DNA of 64,000 bases, from contig OZ244207.1 in NCBI GenBank assembly GCA_965216875.1, positions 8,000,001-8,064,000 on the forward strand. The letters are read 5' to 3'. Of this stretch, positions 8,001 to 15,372 are shown piece after piece (the first letter of the stretch is position 1; each line of letters opens with the position of its first letter). Origin of the DNA: Rubripirellula sp. Lineage in GTDB: Bacteria > Planctomycetota > Planctomycetia > Pirellulales > Pirellulaceae. Below the pieces are notes generated by a model. The model ran no database searches. It saw nothing but the letters and a program-made list of their open reading frames with translations, and was not told where the DNA came from. The translations under genes and the position numbers were made by a program.

Positions 8001-10837
8001 TCGAGCACATCGCGGAACCTGGTTGGTGTCCAATCGGCTCGGAAACCGGTGATGGCAATGTCGTCGCCCTCGGGCGGCCACTCGTGTCGCATCAGTTGAA
8101 TCCGAGTCATCAACGAACTGGTTCCCAAACCGTCGCCAAACAGGTCGGGCATTTTTGATGCGAGTGCAAAGTTGTGAGGGCTGTGCCAAGGTTCATCTAA
8201 GTTGAATTGGTCATACAGCCCTTGATAACCTAGGAACGGCAGCAGATGAACTCGCCAACTGAGATGTGGGATCCCGTTTTCGTCCTGGTATCCCGCCGTT
8301 GGAATCACGGGCAACTGCTTGTAGGCCGAGTGATAGTTGTGCATCCCTAAAGTGAGCGCATGCAAGTTTGCCAGCACCAAGTCGGTCGTGTTTGCATAGA
8401 CCTCAATTTGCGCGACGGCGGTGTCGGTCCTGAGCCCATCAAAGATGGAATACTCGAACGTGTCGGTGCCAACGAAACCCTCTTCGGGCACGTATTCGAA
8501 CGTGCCATCGGCGCTGAAGCTTAGACTTCCATTGAGAGGACCGCGCGTGAGTGATGCGGCGACGGGATGTTCGGGGCCCAGCTTTCCGACGCCGTCACGG
8601 TCAAACAAAGTGTTCTGAGAAAATCCATCGGCCGTGAGTGTTTGCCCCGGGCCAACGCGGTAGGGCAAGCTCGGTTGCACGTCCGCTTCATCGTTCCCGA
8701 TGATTTCTCGAACCGCGGGAGCGACGGTCGGGTTCTGGGCCAGCTGGTCAACGGCCGCGGCATCTTGGTGCAGGTTGCTGCCGAGCACCGTGACGGTCAC
8801 CGTTTCTTGCCACTGCTCGGAAGTCAGCGCATCGAAAAGCGTGTATTCGAATTGGTCTGTGCCAACGAACCACGACGGTGCGGTATACAAGACAACGCCG
8901 CCTGGTCCGACCGCCGCATCACCATACCGGGGCGGCGAGACTGACAGCACGGACACTGATGGCGACTGGCCGACTGAGTCGTTGGCAGAAACGTCCAGTT
9001 GAAGGTGGTACTGCTGCGTGCTTGCACTGGGTGTGATTGGGGCGAACGCTGGTTGGCTGACCGCAAACGATTCCAACACAACGAGATCGTCTTGTTGGAG
9101 ATTCGATTGGTTCAGCAGGCCCGCAGGGCGAATCGAAGCAGTCCCCGGCGGAAAGGCATTGAGTTGTCGATTGCCATTTTGCCAGAAGCCGCTGACGGGA
9201 TTCGAGGTCAAACGCGATCCGGCCACTGACAAGTTGCTGTCCGCAATGACTGCGGGTACGAGACTCGAGCCTGCCACGGCATTGCGCACCGCCGATCCCG
9301 CCAGCAACTCGGGGCCAGACCAAGGCTCGTTTAGCAGTAGCCGGTTTCCGACCACGCCGTCGATCGACCAAAGGCCGTGTACTGAATCACCAGCGGTGTT
9401 GCGGGTGTAGGTGAAGTCGCCATAGGTTGCGCCTGATTGACTCGAATAGCCATACCACGCAAGCGTCCGCGTGGCAGGTGCCGCGGTGCTCCAACCGGTA
9501 GCGTCGGCCAATTCGATGGTCAGGTCGCCGGGGCGCAGGTCCTGAGCCAGCACCGTGTCTGCTGCGCCTGCATGTTTTTCGACATGCTCGCTTTTTATGG
9601 GCAGGCCGTCGCTGTCGTAGGCGACATAGCCAAGGGAATGGGTTTCGACCGGGGTGGGGACGTCGTCGGTCGGCTGAACGGAGGCAAAGAGACTTAGTGT
9701 GTAGCTTTGAGTCGGATCGACGGTGATGGGTAAATCGGATTCGATCATTTGGATCGACCGATCCGCAACGAAACGAAGATTACCATCAAAGGTTGCCAGC
9801 GTCGGACCCGCTTCGGTCTCGTCACCCGCCGGTCTCATTCGGGCATCAACCAACAAAGTGGTGGAGCTAAGCTGGATCGAGGCAACGCCTGGAGGGATCG
9901 CAGGTTGAACACCTCGTTCGGCATCCCACGTGTGTCCGCCAAAGTCGGACCAGCCGCTTACCTTTTCGTAGCGGTACCACAATCGCGCGATGTCTTCGCG
10001 AAAGGCCGCGTCGTAGGTGCTTGTTGGGAACTGAAGCAGTCGCTGGTCACTGACGGCATTGCGAATCGCGGTGCCCGCCGGAACGGCATTGCCGCTCCAG
10101 GGCTGGTTCAACTCGATGCGATAACCCCCTACAGCTGGATCAAACGAGATGCCGCCCGCTCGCCAAGCTCCTGCATGTTCATCGCCCAAGACGTTGCGCG
10201 TGTAGGTGTAGTCGTCGTAAGTGGTTCCCAATGCATCTTGATATCCATACCAGGCAAGCGCTCGTGACCGGTTGGTTGCGGCGGGATCGTTACTCCAACC
10301 GGTGGCATCGTCAACAACGATCGTTTCGTCGCCAGGATTGATCGGAAGTGTTAGGAGTGTGTCCGAGGCACCAGGGAACTTGCGGACGTGAATCGGCGAG
10401 ACAAGTAAGCCGTCGGCATCGTAAGGGGCATACCCAAGTTCCCAGCCGACTTGATCGGGGACATGAAAGGTGGTCGCTTCGAATCGATACGCAATCGCAG
10501 GGTCGACCAGGACACGTTCGAGAACGTTGTCGCGCCAACCAACCGAATCAAACTCGAAACGATCGGAGCTTTGATCGGTCGTCAGTCGATGCGTTTGGTC
10601 ACCACTTGGATTGATCGACAAATCAATGAAGGCTTGTCCCGATCCGTTGATCGTCGCTTCGTGCCGCGACGCCTCGATCAACAAACCTCCCGCGCGGTAG
10701 TCAACGGTGTTGGCCGCGATCGTCACGTCATCGGGCGTCGTTGCCGAAAGCAGCAACCGCCCCTCGAGCTGTTCCAGCAGCGTTCTTCGTTGATGCGAAC
10801 GCTTCTTGCGTTGTCGTTTGGACATGATGCGAGTCAT
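5069..10837 (-). CDS. Large secreted/surface protein: planctomycete extracellular N-terminus, 2 unknown repeats, Ig-like repeats, 3 DUF1559, Calx-beta-like, GEVED, dockerin-like C-terminus
   Basis: LEQLEGRLLLSA; FVGTDxFEY Ig repeats; three copies of L..IGL.FHNYHSAYKxLP...SWRV.LLPFL...EPWDSPHN; DYGDAP...DGEVEDY; GDGNGNGTVDLFDF. Confidence 0.85.
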   Translation of the reverse strand: MTRIMSKRQRKKRSHQRRTLLEQLEGRLLLSATTPDDVTIAANTVDYRAGGLLIEASRHEATINGSGQAFIDLSINPSGDQTHRLTTDQSSDRFEFDSVGWRDNVLERVLVDPAIAYRFEATTFHVPDQVGWELGYAPYDADGLLVSPIHVRKFPGASDTLLTLPINPGDETIVVDDATGWSNDPAATNRSRALAWYGYQDALGTTYDDYTYTRNVLGDEHAGAWRAGGISFDPAVGGYRIELNQPWSGNAVPAGTAIRNAVSDQRLLQFPTSTYDAAFREDIARLWYRYEKVSGWSDFGGHTWDAERGVQPAIPPGVASIQLSSTTLLVDARMRPAGDETEAGPTLATFDGNLRFVADRSIQMIESDLPITVDPTQSYTLSLFASVQPTDDVPTPVETHSLGYVAYDSDGLPIKSEHVEKHAGAADTVLAQDLRPGDLTIELADATGWSTAAPATRTLAWYGYSSQSGATYGDFTYTRNTAGDSVHGLWSIDGVVGNRLLLNEPWSGPELLAGSAVRNAVAGSSLVPAVIADSNLSVAGSRLTSNPVSGFWQNGNRQLNAFPPGTASIRPAGLLNQSNLQQDDLVVLESFAVSQPAFAPITPSASTQQYHLQLDVSANDSVGQSPSVSVLSVSPPRYGDAAVGPGGVVLYTAPSWFVGTDQFEYTLFDALTSEQWQETVTVTVLGSNLHQDAAAVDQLAQNPTVAPAVREIIGNDEADVQPSLPYRVGPGQTLTADGFSQNTLFDRDGVGKLGPEHPVAASLTRGPLNGSLSFSADGTFEYVPEEGFVGTDTFEYSIFDGLRTDTAVAQIEVYANTTDLVLANLHALTLGMHNYHSAYKQLPVIPTAGYQDENGIPHLSWRVHLLPFLGYQGLYDQFNLDEPWHSPHNFALASKMPDLFGDGLGTSSLMTRIQLMRHEWPPEGDDIAITGFRADWTPTRFRDVLDGLSQTIMMIQTGADRAVPWTAPQDQMFDTENPLNTLGEVSADGILVSMFDGQTAVLPADIQADVFKSLATRSEYLDEPYVDAHTLFRQTIDDGDWEPVYGDWDAGGERQTINLKRIGLGFHNYHSAYKQLPPNEGVVGRDENGNYQLSWRVYLLPFLGYSNLWERFHYDEPWDSPHNLSLLDEMPDVFRSEGDPADSNTTRFRTFWGNGALYGYNADGSDRIPRFRDILDGLANTAMAVEAGPDAAVPWTKPDEIQFDPSDPLGGLGTLLGDAFRVLLSDGSQINLPTDVNPETFAALVTKSGREPLDTNTLKRKHSDLNRPDAQRDQSNDLKKVGLAFHNYHSAYKRLPILNESMLDDDGRPLLSWRVYLLPFLEQQALWEQFHLDEPWDSPHNLSLLPLMPDVYRSVGDSWDSVTTRLQTFVDGGTPEFLFRNGAPFSSTGLGPRFRDFLDGLANTILVAESGDDAAVLWTKPDDILFDRHDPYGPLGNVGEGFHTLRADGAVIWERAGRDPERLKQLILHNDRNPHNARSNAVPNQLTVLESDDLGRFDVRITDLAIDNLDLSEAFVVEVAVDDPTLINVFPNSLTFDHSNWNIERSITFQAIDNDEVDGPRTTTITIGDQDFEITIVDDDGPLSLDYGDAPDSLRTLHQTNGARHVASGPQLGASRDAEVDGQPTLLADGDGSDDDGVMFGEIHAGNALAGVNVDLQGAGAAKVDAWIDFNADGQFSANERILDSAPLVAGLQTLNFAVPSGAVVGETYARVRVSTAGGLGSHGLAWDGEVEDYRVQILGPRPNVAQIVINDGNDQRSSLTQVAVAFDSQVDVGPGAFAIRRADNGQLVEHLAVSSSLVDGNTVSVMTFLPGTGVVTRTNDGHTLADGDYILDIVASQITTVDHSVAMESDLEFGTHANDDFFRRYGDGNGNGTVDLFDFASFRSTYGKEAGMDGYLEHFNAEGVAAVNLFDFAAFRTNFGS

Positions 10838-11451
10838 TGCGCGGATCGCTTCGCCGAAGTTTCGGTCACGTCGCTAATGTAGGTCTGGCGGATCTTCGTG
10901 AGCTGTTCCCAGACAGGGTCTTTGCGATCGTTGGGGGACACGCAGGCGAAGAGGTACTGCAGCGTTCCGCGTTTCCAAATCGTTACCTCCAAATTCAGCA
11001 CTTGGGGCTTTTTCGTTGTGAATGGTTCGACCCACTCGAGCTTTCCACGATAACTTGAGTGGCCCTTAATCGGATTGGCGAGCGGGCCAAGTGTCAGGGC
11101 GAATTCGTTCGGATTGGTATCACCGAGATTTCGCCCCATGACAGCCTTGCATAGACCTCGGTAGTACTTCAGCAGCTCTGATTCGATGGTCGGTTTTTCG
11201 AGTGGCTTGCTGTCATCAAGGACAAAGACAAACGCATAGCTAAAGAAAGTGTCCGAATCTGCATCCATCATGCCCGGTGCGAAACGGATGTGCTCTGTGC
11301 CACGAAGTGACATGTCGCGCGCGAATCCGGGTGGCAATTTGATCGTTTCACCACCCCAGTTCGCTGGTGCCTTGAGCGGAGCGTCGCTCGACTCCTGGGC
11401 GAAGCCCAAGCCGTGGATTGCTGCAAACACGCATAGAAGGACAAGACGCAT
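10834..11451 (-). CDS. Hypothetical secreted protein
   Basis: Signal-peptide-like MRLVLLCVFAAIHGLGFA; stop overlaps the start of the next gene (ATGA). Confidence 0.7.
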   Translation of the reverse strand: MRLVLLCVFAAIHGLGFAQESSDAPLKAPANWGGETIKLPPGFARDMSLRGTEHIRFAPGMMDADSDTFFSYAFVFVLDDSKPLEKPTIESELLKYYRGLCKAVMGRNLGDTNPNEFALTLGPLANPIKGHSSYRGKLEWVEPFTTKKPQVLNLEVTIWKRGTLQYLFACVSPNDRKDPVWEQLTKIRQTYISDVTETSAKRSAQ

Positions 11452-11566
11452 TCCAACCTCGTGACCCAATTTTCCAACAGGTGAACCCCGCAAACCGAGG
11501 CGGCAGTATACCTCGAATGGGATGTCAAAGGGGCGAAACGGTCGATATCGCGAGCGATGTAACGGC

Positions 11567-12529
11567 CTAGCGTTTTAGCCGAGCGATCGATCCAAGCTTG
11601 CGGAATTGCCAGTACTTGATGGCGAGCCAACAGACGACGAAGACTCCCACGAAGATCATGACGGTGTAGTAGACCGGTTGCAGGTAGTTCTCGGACGCAT
11701 GTTCCATGATTGCACCGCCAGCATCCATGCTGCGTCCGGCCAAGCCTGGCTGCGAAACCACCACCGGGTTTCCATCGGCGTCATACACAATCTTGTCGCC
11801 ACCGAGGATGCGTTCGGGTTGGGCCAAGATCACCGTTGTCGCTGCGACTGAAAACAGCGTCGCTTTCGGATTCTCTTCAACAAACTTGCCAATGAACTTC
11901 ACCATGCGATCCGAATCGTTGCGGATCATCGCCAGCACACCGTCTCGTTGAGTCTTGGGAAGTTTCGCGATGTCGTCTGCGTGGCGTGCGACTTCAATTG
12001 CCTGTTTGTTGGAAAGCTGTACGGCAAGCTCGGCGCCGTCGTCGCCCAGACTGCGGACCAACAACATGCCCACGCCGGGATGCAGCACTTCGCTACGCAG
12101 TGCCGCGCCGCCATGCTTGGCAACCGTTTCGGCAAGCTCTCGCCCGGTCGTGCCAGCGGCCAAACGGGCAAGCGCATCCTTGACTTGCGTCTCAGGCAGT
12201 TCGTCGAGCGCTCGGAGCACGGGCATGATCGATGGTGCGTTGTCGAGTGCGGCAACGGCGTCCGGACCATATTTTCCAGTCAATTTTGCAACTTGCTCGA
12301 CCGCTTCGTCGCCACCTTGTTTGGCCGCAGCGCTCGAGACTCGTTCCAACATTTCCTTGCTGCCCTGCTTGGCAAGGTACTCGGAGGCCTCTTCCGCACC
12401 TTCTTTGCCAAAGAATTTCATCACCGCTTTGGCGAGCGATGATGAAACGGCTGGGGTTGGGGTGGCGGTTGTGGGATTCGCAACTGACAAGCAAACCAGA
12501 CTGACGATGACTAACGCAATCGTTCTCAT
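11567..12529 (-). CDS. Hypothetical membrane-anchored protein
   Basis: N-terminal signal peptide, Ala/Gly-rich helical body, C-terminal TM segment; coupled to the upstream gene. Confidence 0.75.
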   Translation of the reverse strand: MRTIALVIVSLVCLSVANPTTATPTPAVSSSLAKAVMKFFGKEGAEEASEYLAKQGSKEMLERVSSAAAKQGGDEAVEQVAKLTGKYGPDAVAALDNAPSIMPVLRALDELPETQVKDALARLAAGTTGRELAETVAKHGGAALRSEVLHPGVGMLLVRSLGDDGAELAVQLSNKQAIEVARHADDIAKLPKTQRDGVLAMIRNDSDRMVKFIGKFVEENPKATLFSVAATTVILAQPERILGGDKIVYDADGNPVVVSQPGLAGRSMDAGGAIMEHASENYLQPVYYTVMIFVGVFVVCWLAIKYWQFRKLGSIARLKR

Positions 12530-13674
12530 TGAACCGCTTCTCCCACCACAATTTGTTCGTAGAAATTCTCGCGATACGCTTCCTTCAAACCATCACACAA
12601 TCGCGGCAGGGCGATCGCCAATCCTGCACTCGACGTTTCGTGCGTTCGGTCGGGTTGCGAGCCTTGGATAATGGACGCTTCGAGTGACCTCATGTACGCC
12701 GTCATCTTTTCGGTCATCTCCGCTTCAAATCGTTCGGTCATCCACCAGTCGATCACCAAACCAACGGCGAGTCCCACGCCTAAGCCTACAATCGTTCCGG
12801 CAGGACCCAAAACGCTTCCGCCGCCAGCGCCCGCTGCTGCTCCGCCTGCTGTAGCGCCGGCACCAGCTGCCGTTGATACCGCGGCCGTCGTGCCGAACCG
12901 TGCCAAGAGTCCAGCGATCACCGAAACGGCGGCGTAACTTCCGGCTTCGCTGATCACAAGCACCACCACGGCGTTGTAGATGCTCGACGTTCCCTGATCC
13001 GCCGAGTAGCCCTTCATGCGCTGGGCGACCGACGCGAGGAACGAGTCGTAACGGTCAACGTCGACTTCAGGCAAGTCGGCAAGTTCAAGTGACGCTTTGA
13101 TCTCGACCAACATGCGTCGCTGGTTCGCGTCGACCTCATCGCGAAACCGTTGCAGGATCGCGGCGACATCGTCAACCAAACTCTTCTCACTAAAGAGGTG
13201 TTTTTCGAATTTGGCTTTGATGTAGTGTTCGATGCGTTTGTCATCATTCCACCAATCCGACGGCATGCGCCGCGCAATACCAAGCCGCGTTCGAATGCTG
13301 GTCAGGTCTTCGACGAAGGGCGATACGCCACGTCGATAACCTTGGAAGACGCCGCGCAATCGCCGCAAACAACGCTCGGTTGCTTCGCGGTTGAGCATGT
13401 CGGTTTGTTCGATCCGCTTGGTGACTTCTGCATCAAAGAAGGCGGCTCGCTGGACGACACGCTGAGCCGACGGCGGATCAAAAGCCACTGATTCACCAGC
13501 GGTTGATTCGGCAGGTACCATCACCGGCGGCTTGGGCACATCGAGTTCCGCCGGCCGTCGTTGTGTCATGACGACCATCGAAACGCTCGCCGCGATCACG
13601 GCGAGCCAAAGCGACGCGGCTGCAGGGTGTGCAGGCCCAACGTTCGTTGCCGGCGATGGTCTTTGAGGGAACAT
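12526..13674 (-). CDS. Hypothetical membrane protein with glycine-zipper hairpin
   Basis: N-terminal TM, helical region, AGAGATAGGAAAGAGGGSVLGPAGTIVGLGVGLAVG. Confidence 0.75.
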   Translation of the reverse strand: MFPQRPSPATNVGPAHPAAASLWLAVIAASVSMVVMTQRRPAELDVPKPPVMVPAESTAGESVAFDPPSAQRVVQRAAFFDAEVTKRIEQTDMLNREATERCLRRLRGVFQGYRRGVSPFVEDLTSIRTRLGIARRMPSDWWNDDKRIEHYIKAKFEKHLFSEKSLVDDVAAILQRFRDEVDANQRRMLVEIKASLELADLPEVDVDRYDSFLASVAQRMKGYSADQGTSSIYNAVVVLVISEAGSYAAVSVIAGLLARFGTTAAVSTAAGAGATAGGAAAGAGGGSVLGPAGTIVGLGVGLAVGLVIDWWMTERFEAEMTEKMTAYMRSLEASIIQGSQPDRTHETSSAGLAIALPRLCDGLKEAYRENFYEQIVVGEAVQ

Positions 13675-13989
13675 GTTATGTCATTGAAGTTTTTCGGATC
13701 GTATCCAACTTCGAATCCAACCTGCATTCTAAGGCCGTTTGAGCCGATGGACTACATCGTCCGATTTCACCCATGAGCCGCACGCGCTAGCGTCGGGCCC
13801 CATAGCAATCGACTCCATAGCAATCGGCACCAGAGCAATCAGCTTCCAAACACCGGCGAGGGTTTGCATCCAACACTCCCTCCCGGACTCTGCGCCCGAC
13901 CCTCCCACAAGCGAAAGGGGGATTGGCAAGCACAAGACGTGCGCAGAAACACTAGGCTCAGAAGGAGCCACCTCGGGGCGCCGCGATTC

Positions 13990-15372
13990 TCAAGACTCGA
14001 ATGACGAATCCGGCGATTGGGGCGGTTGCCGTTTGCGGTCTTCCCGTCGCGATCGCAAGTATTGCATGCCCACAAGCGTTGCCACCACGCCAACCGCTTG
14101 GGTGGAGCGGCCCGTGGCGCCGGAAAGATCGATTTGCGTTTCCTCTTCGGATCGCTCGGCATTCCCGACCGGCGGCATCGCCTCGGGAATGCGATCCTGT
14201 GCGGCAACCGATTGCGCCTGGTCAATGACGGAACCTTCAAAGGTGCGGAACAAGCCAATGCCATAAGACCATTGATCGGCTTGATCCAACCGAGCTGCGG
14301 AGTCGAGTTCATCGTCCGACCAGACATCGCCGCCAGTCTGTTGTCCCGATGCCAACAGTAACATTCCTTGGGCCGAATTCACCTTGCCCATTTGAATTGC
14401 TTCGCGTGCCGCGTTGGCTCGATGATAACGATCCAACAAGTCCGCCGCTTGAAATTCAATGCGGCTTCGGTCGTCGGCGATGGCGTCCAATGCGCTTTCA
14501 AACTCATTCAAAGCTTCGGCTTGTTGAGCGGTGCGCTGTAGCCATGAGTCGAGCAGCGAGTCGGCGGTCCCGAGTCCATATCGGACAGAAGAGCCACTCG
14601 TAGATTCAGCAGACGTTTCAAGGAATGAGATACCAGCCTGGTTGAGCAACCCAAGACTCGTCCGGTCACCGACGGCCGATTCACTGGCCGACAACGGCAC
14701 CGACAATGGCTGACGGAACGTCGGACTGTCCATTGATCGATCGCCACTCGCGCCGGCGTCCGCCTCGCTTCCCGTTGCATCCATCGCATCGCTCATGCTT
14801 GAGTCGACTGGAGAGGAATCCATCGAGGGCGTCGAGGCAGAGGGTGTGGGAGTTTCTGAGGGAATGAATTCGCCGCTCGGTACTCGCGACCCAATCAGCA
14901 GCGCCGGCATGTCGATCGCGGAAGCATCGGGTGTTTCCGTTAGCGAGGACCCCATCGATGAACCAATCTCGTCTCGGTCCATCGGGTCAGATCGTCGATC
15001 ACGGTCATGAGAACTCGAATGCTGGCCACTTCCGGAGCGTTGCTGGTGTTTTCCAATCGATTGATGTTGGGAGCGTTGTTCGTGAACCAGTTCCGCTTCC
15101 GGGACGCGAGACGAAGTCAAACGGAACGCGTCCTCTTGCCGAGCTTGTTGGAATTGCAACGCTTGCTGCAGTCGCATGCGCAACACACTTGGGCTGCCGC
15201 TCATCAAGATGGTGATTTGATCGGCTTGGGCCAATCGAGAATCGTTTGAGTGCACTTCGCCAATGAACGTGATCAAGCCCTGAGCGCTCAACATGGTCCG
15301 TGGCTCGAGACGCTGTGCGGCGAGTCGGCGAGCTGGTCGTGTTTTCGATCGTCGTTTCGTTTTTCGTTTCAT
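13990..15372 (-). CDS. Secreted protein with planctomycete extracellular-type N-terminus
   Basis: Basic N-terminus then AQRLEPRTMLSA; low-complexity S/D-rich middle; hydrophobic plus basic C-terminus; ATGA overlap with the kinase stop. Confidence 0.75.
   Translation of the reverse strand: MKRKTKRRSKTRPARRLAAQRLEPRTMLSAQGLITFIGEVHSNDSRLAQADQITILMSGSPSVLRMRLQQALQFQQARQEDAFRLTSSRVPEAELVHEQRSQHQSIGKHQQRSGSGQHSSSHDRDRRSDPMDRDEIGSSMGSSLTETPDASAIDMPALLIGSRVPSGEFIPSETPTPSASTPSMDSSPVDSSMSDAMDATGSEADAGASGDRSMDSPTFRQPLSVPLSASESAVGDRTSLGLLNQAGISFLETSAESTSGSSVRYGLGTADSLLDSWLQRTAQQAEALNEFESALDAIADDRSRIEFQAADLLDRYHRANAAREAIQMGKVNSAQGMLLLASGQQTGGDVWSDDELDSAARLDQADQWSYGIGLFRTFEGSVIDQAQSVAAQDRIPEAMPPVGNAERSEEETQIDLSGATGRSTQAVGVVATLVGMQYLRSRREDRKRQPPQSPDSSFES

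Noticed and set aside
6420..8390. Three DUF1559 copies as DGR repeats
   Set aside because: All three are in-frame, broadly diverged domain duplicates, with no reverse transcriptase or non-coding template.
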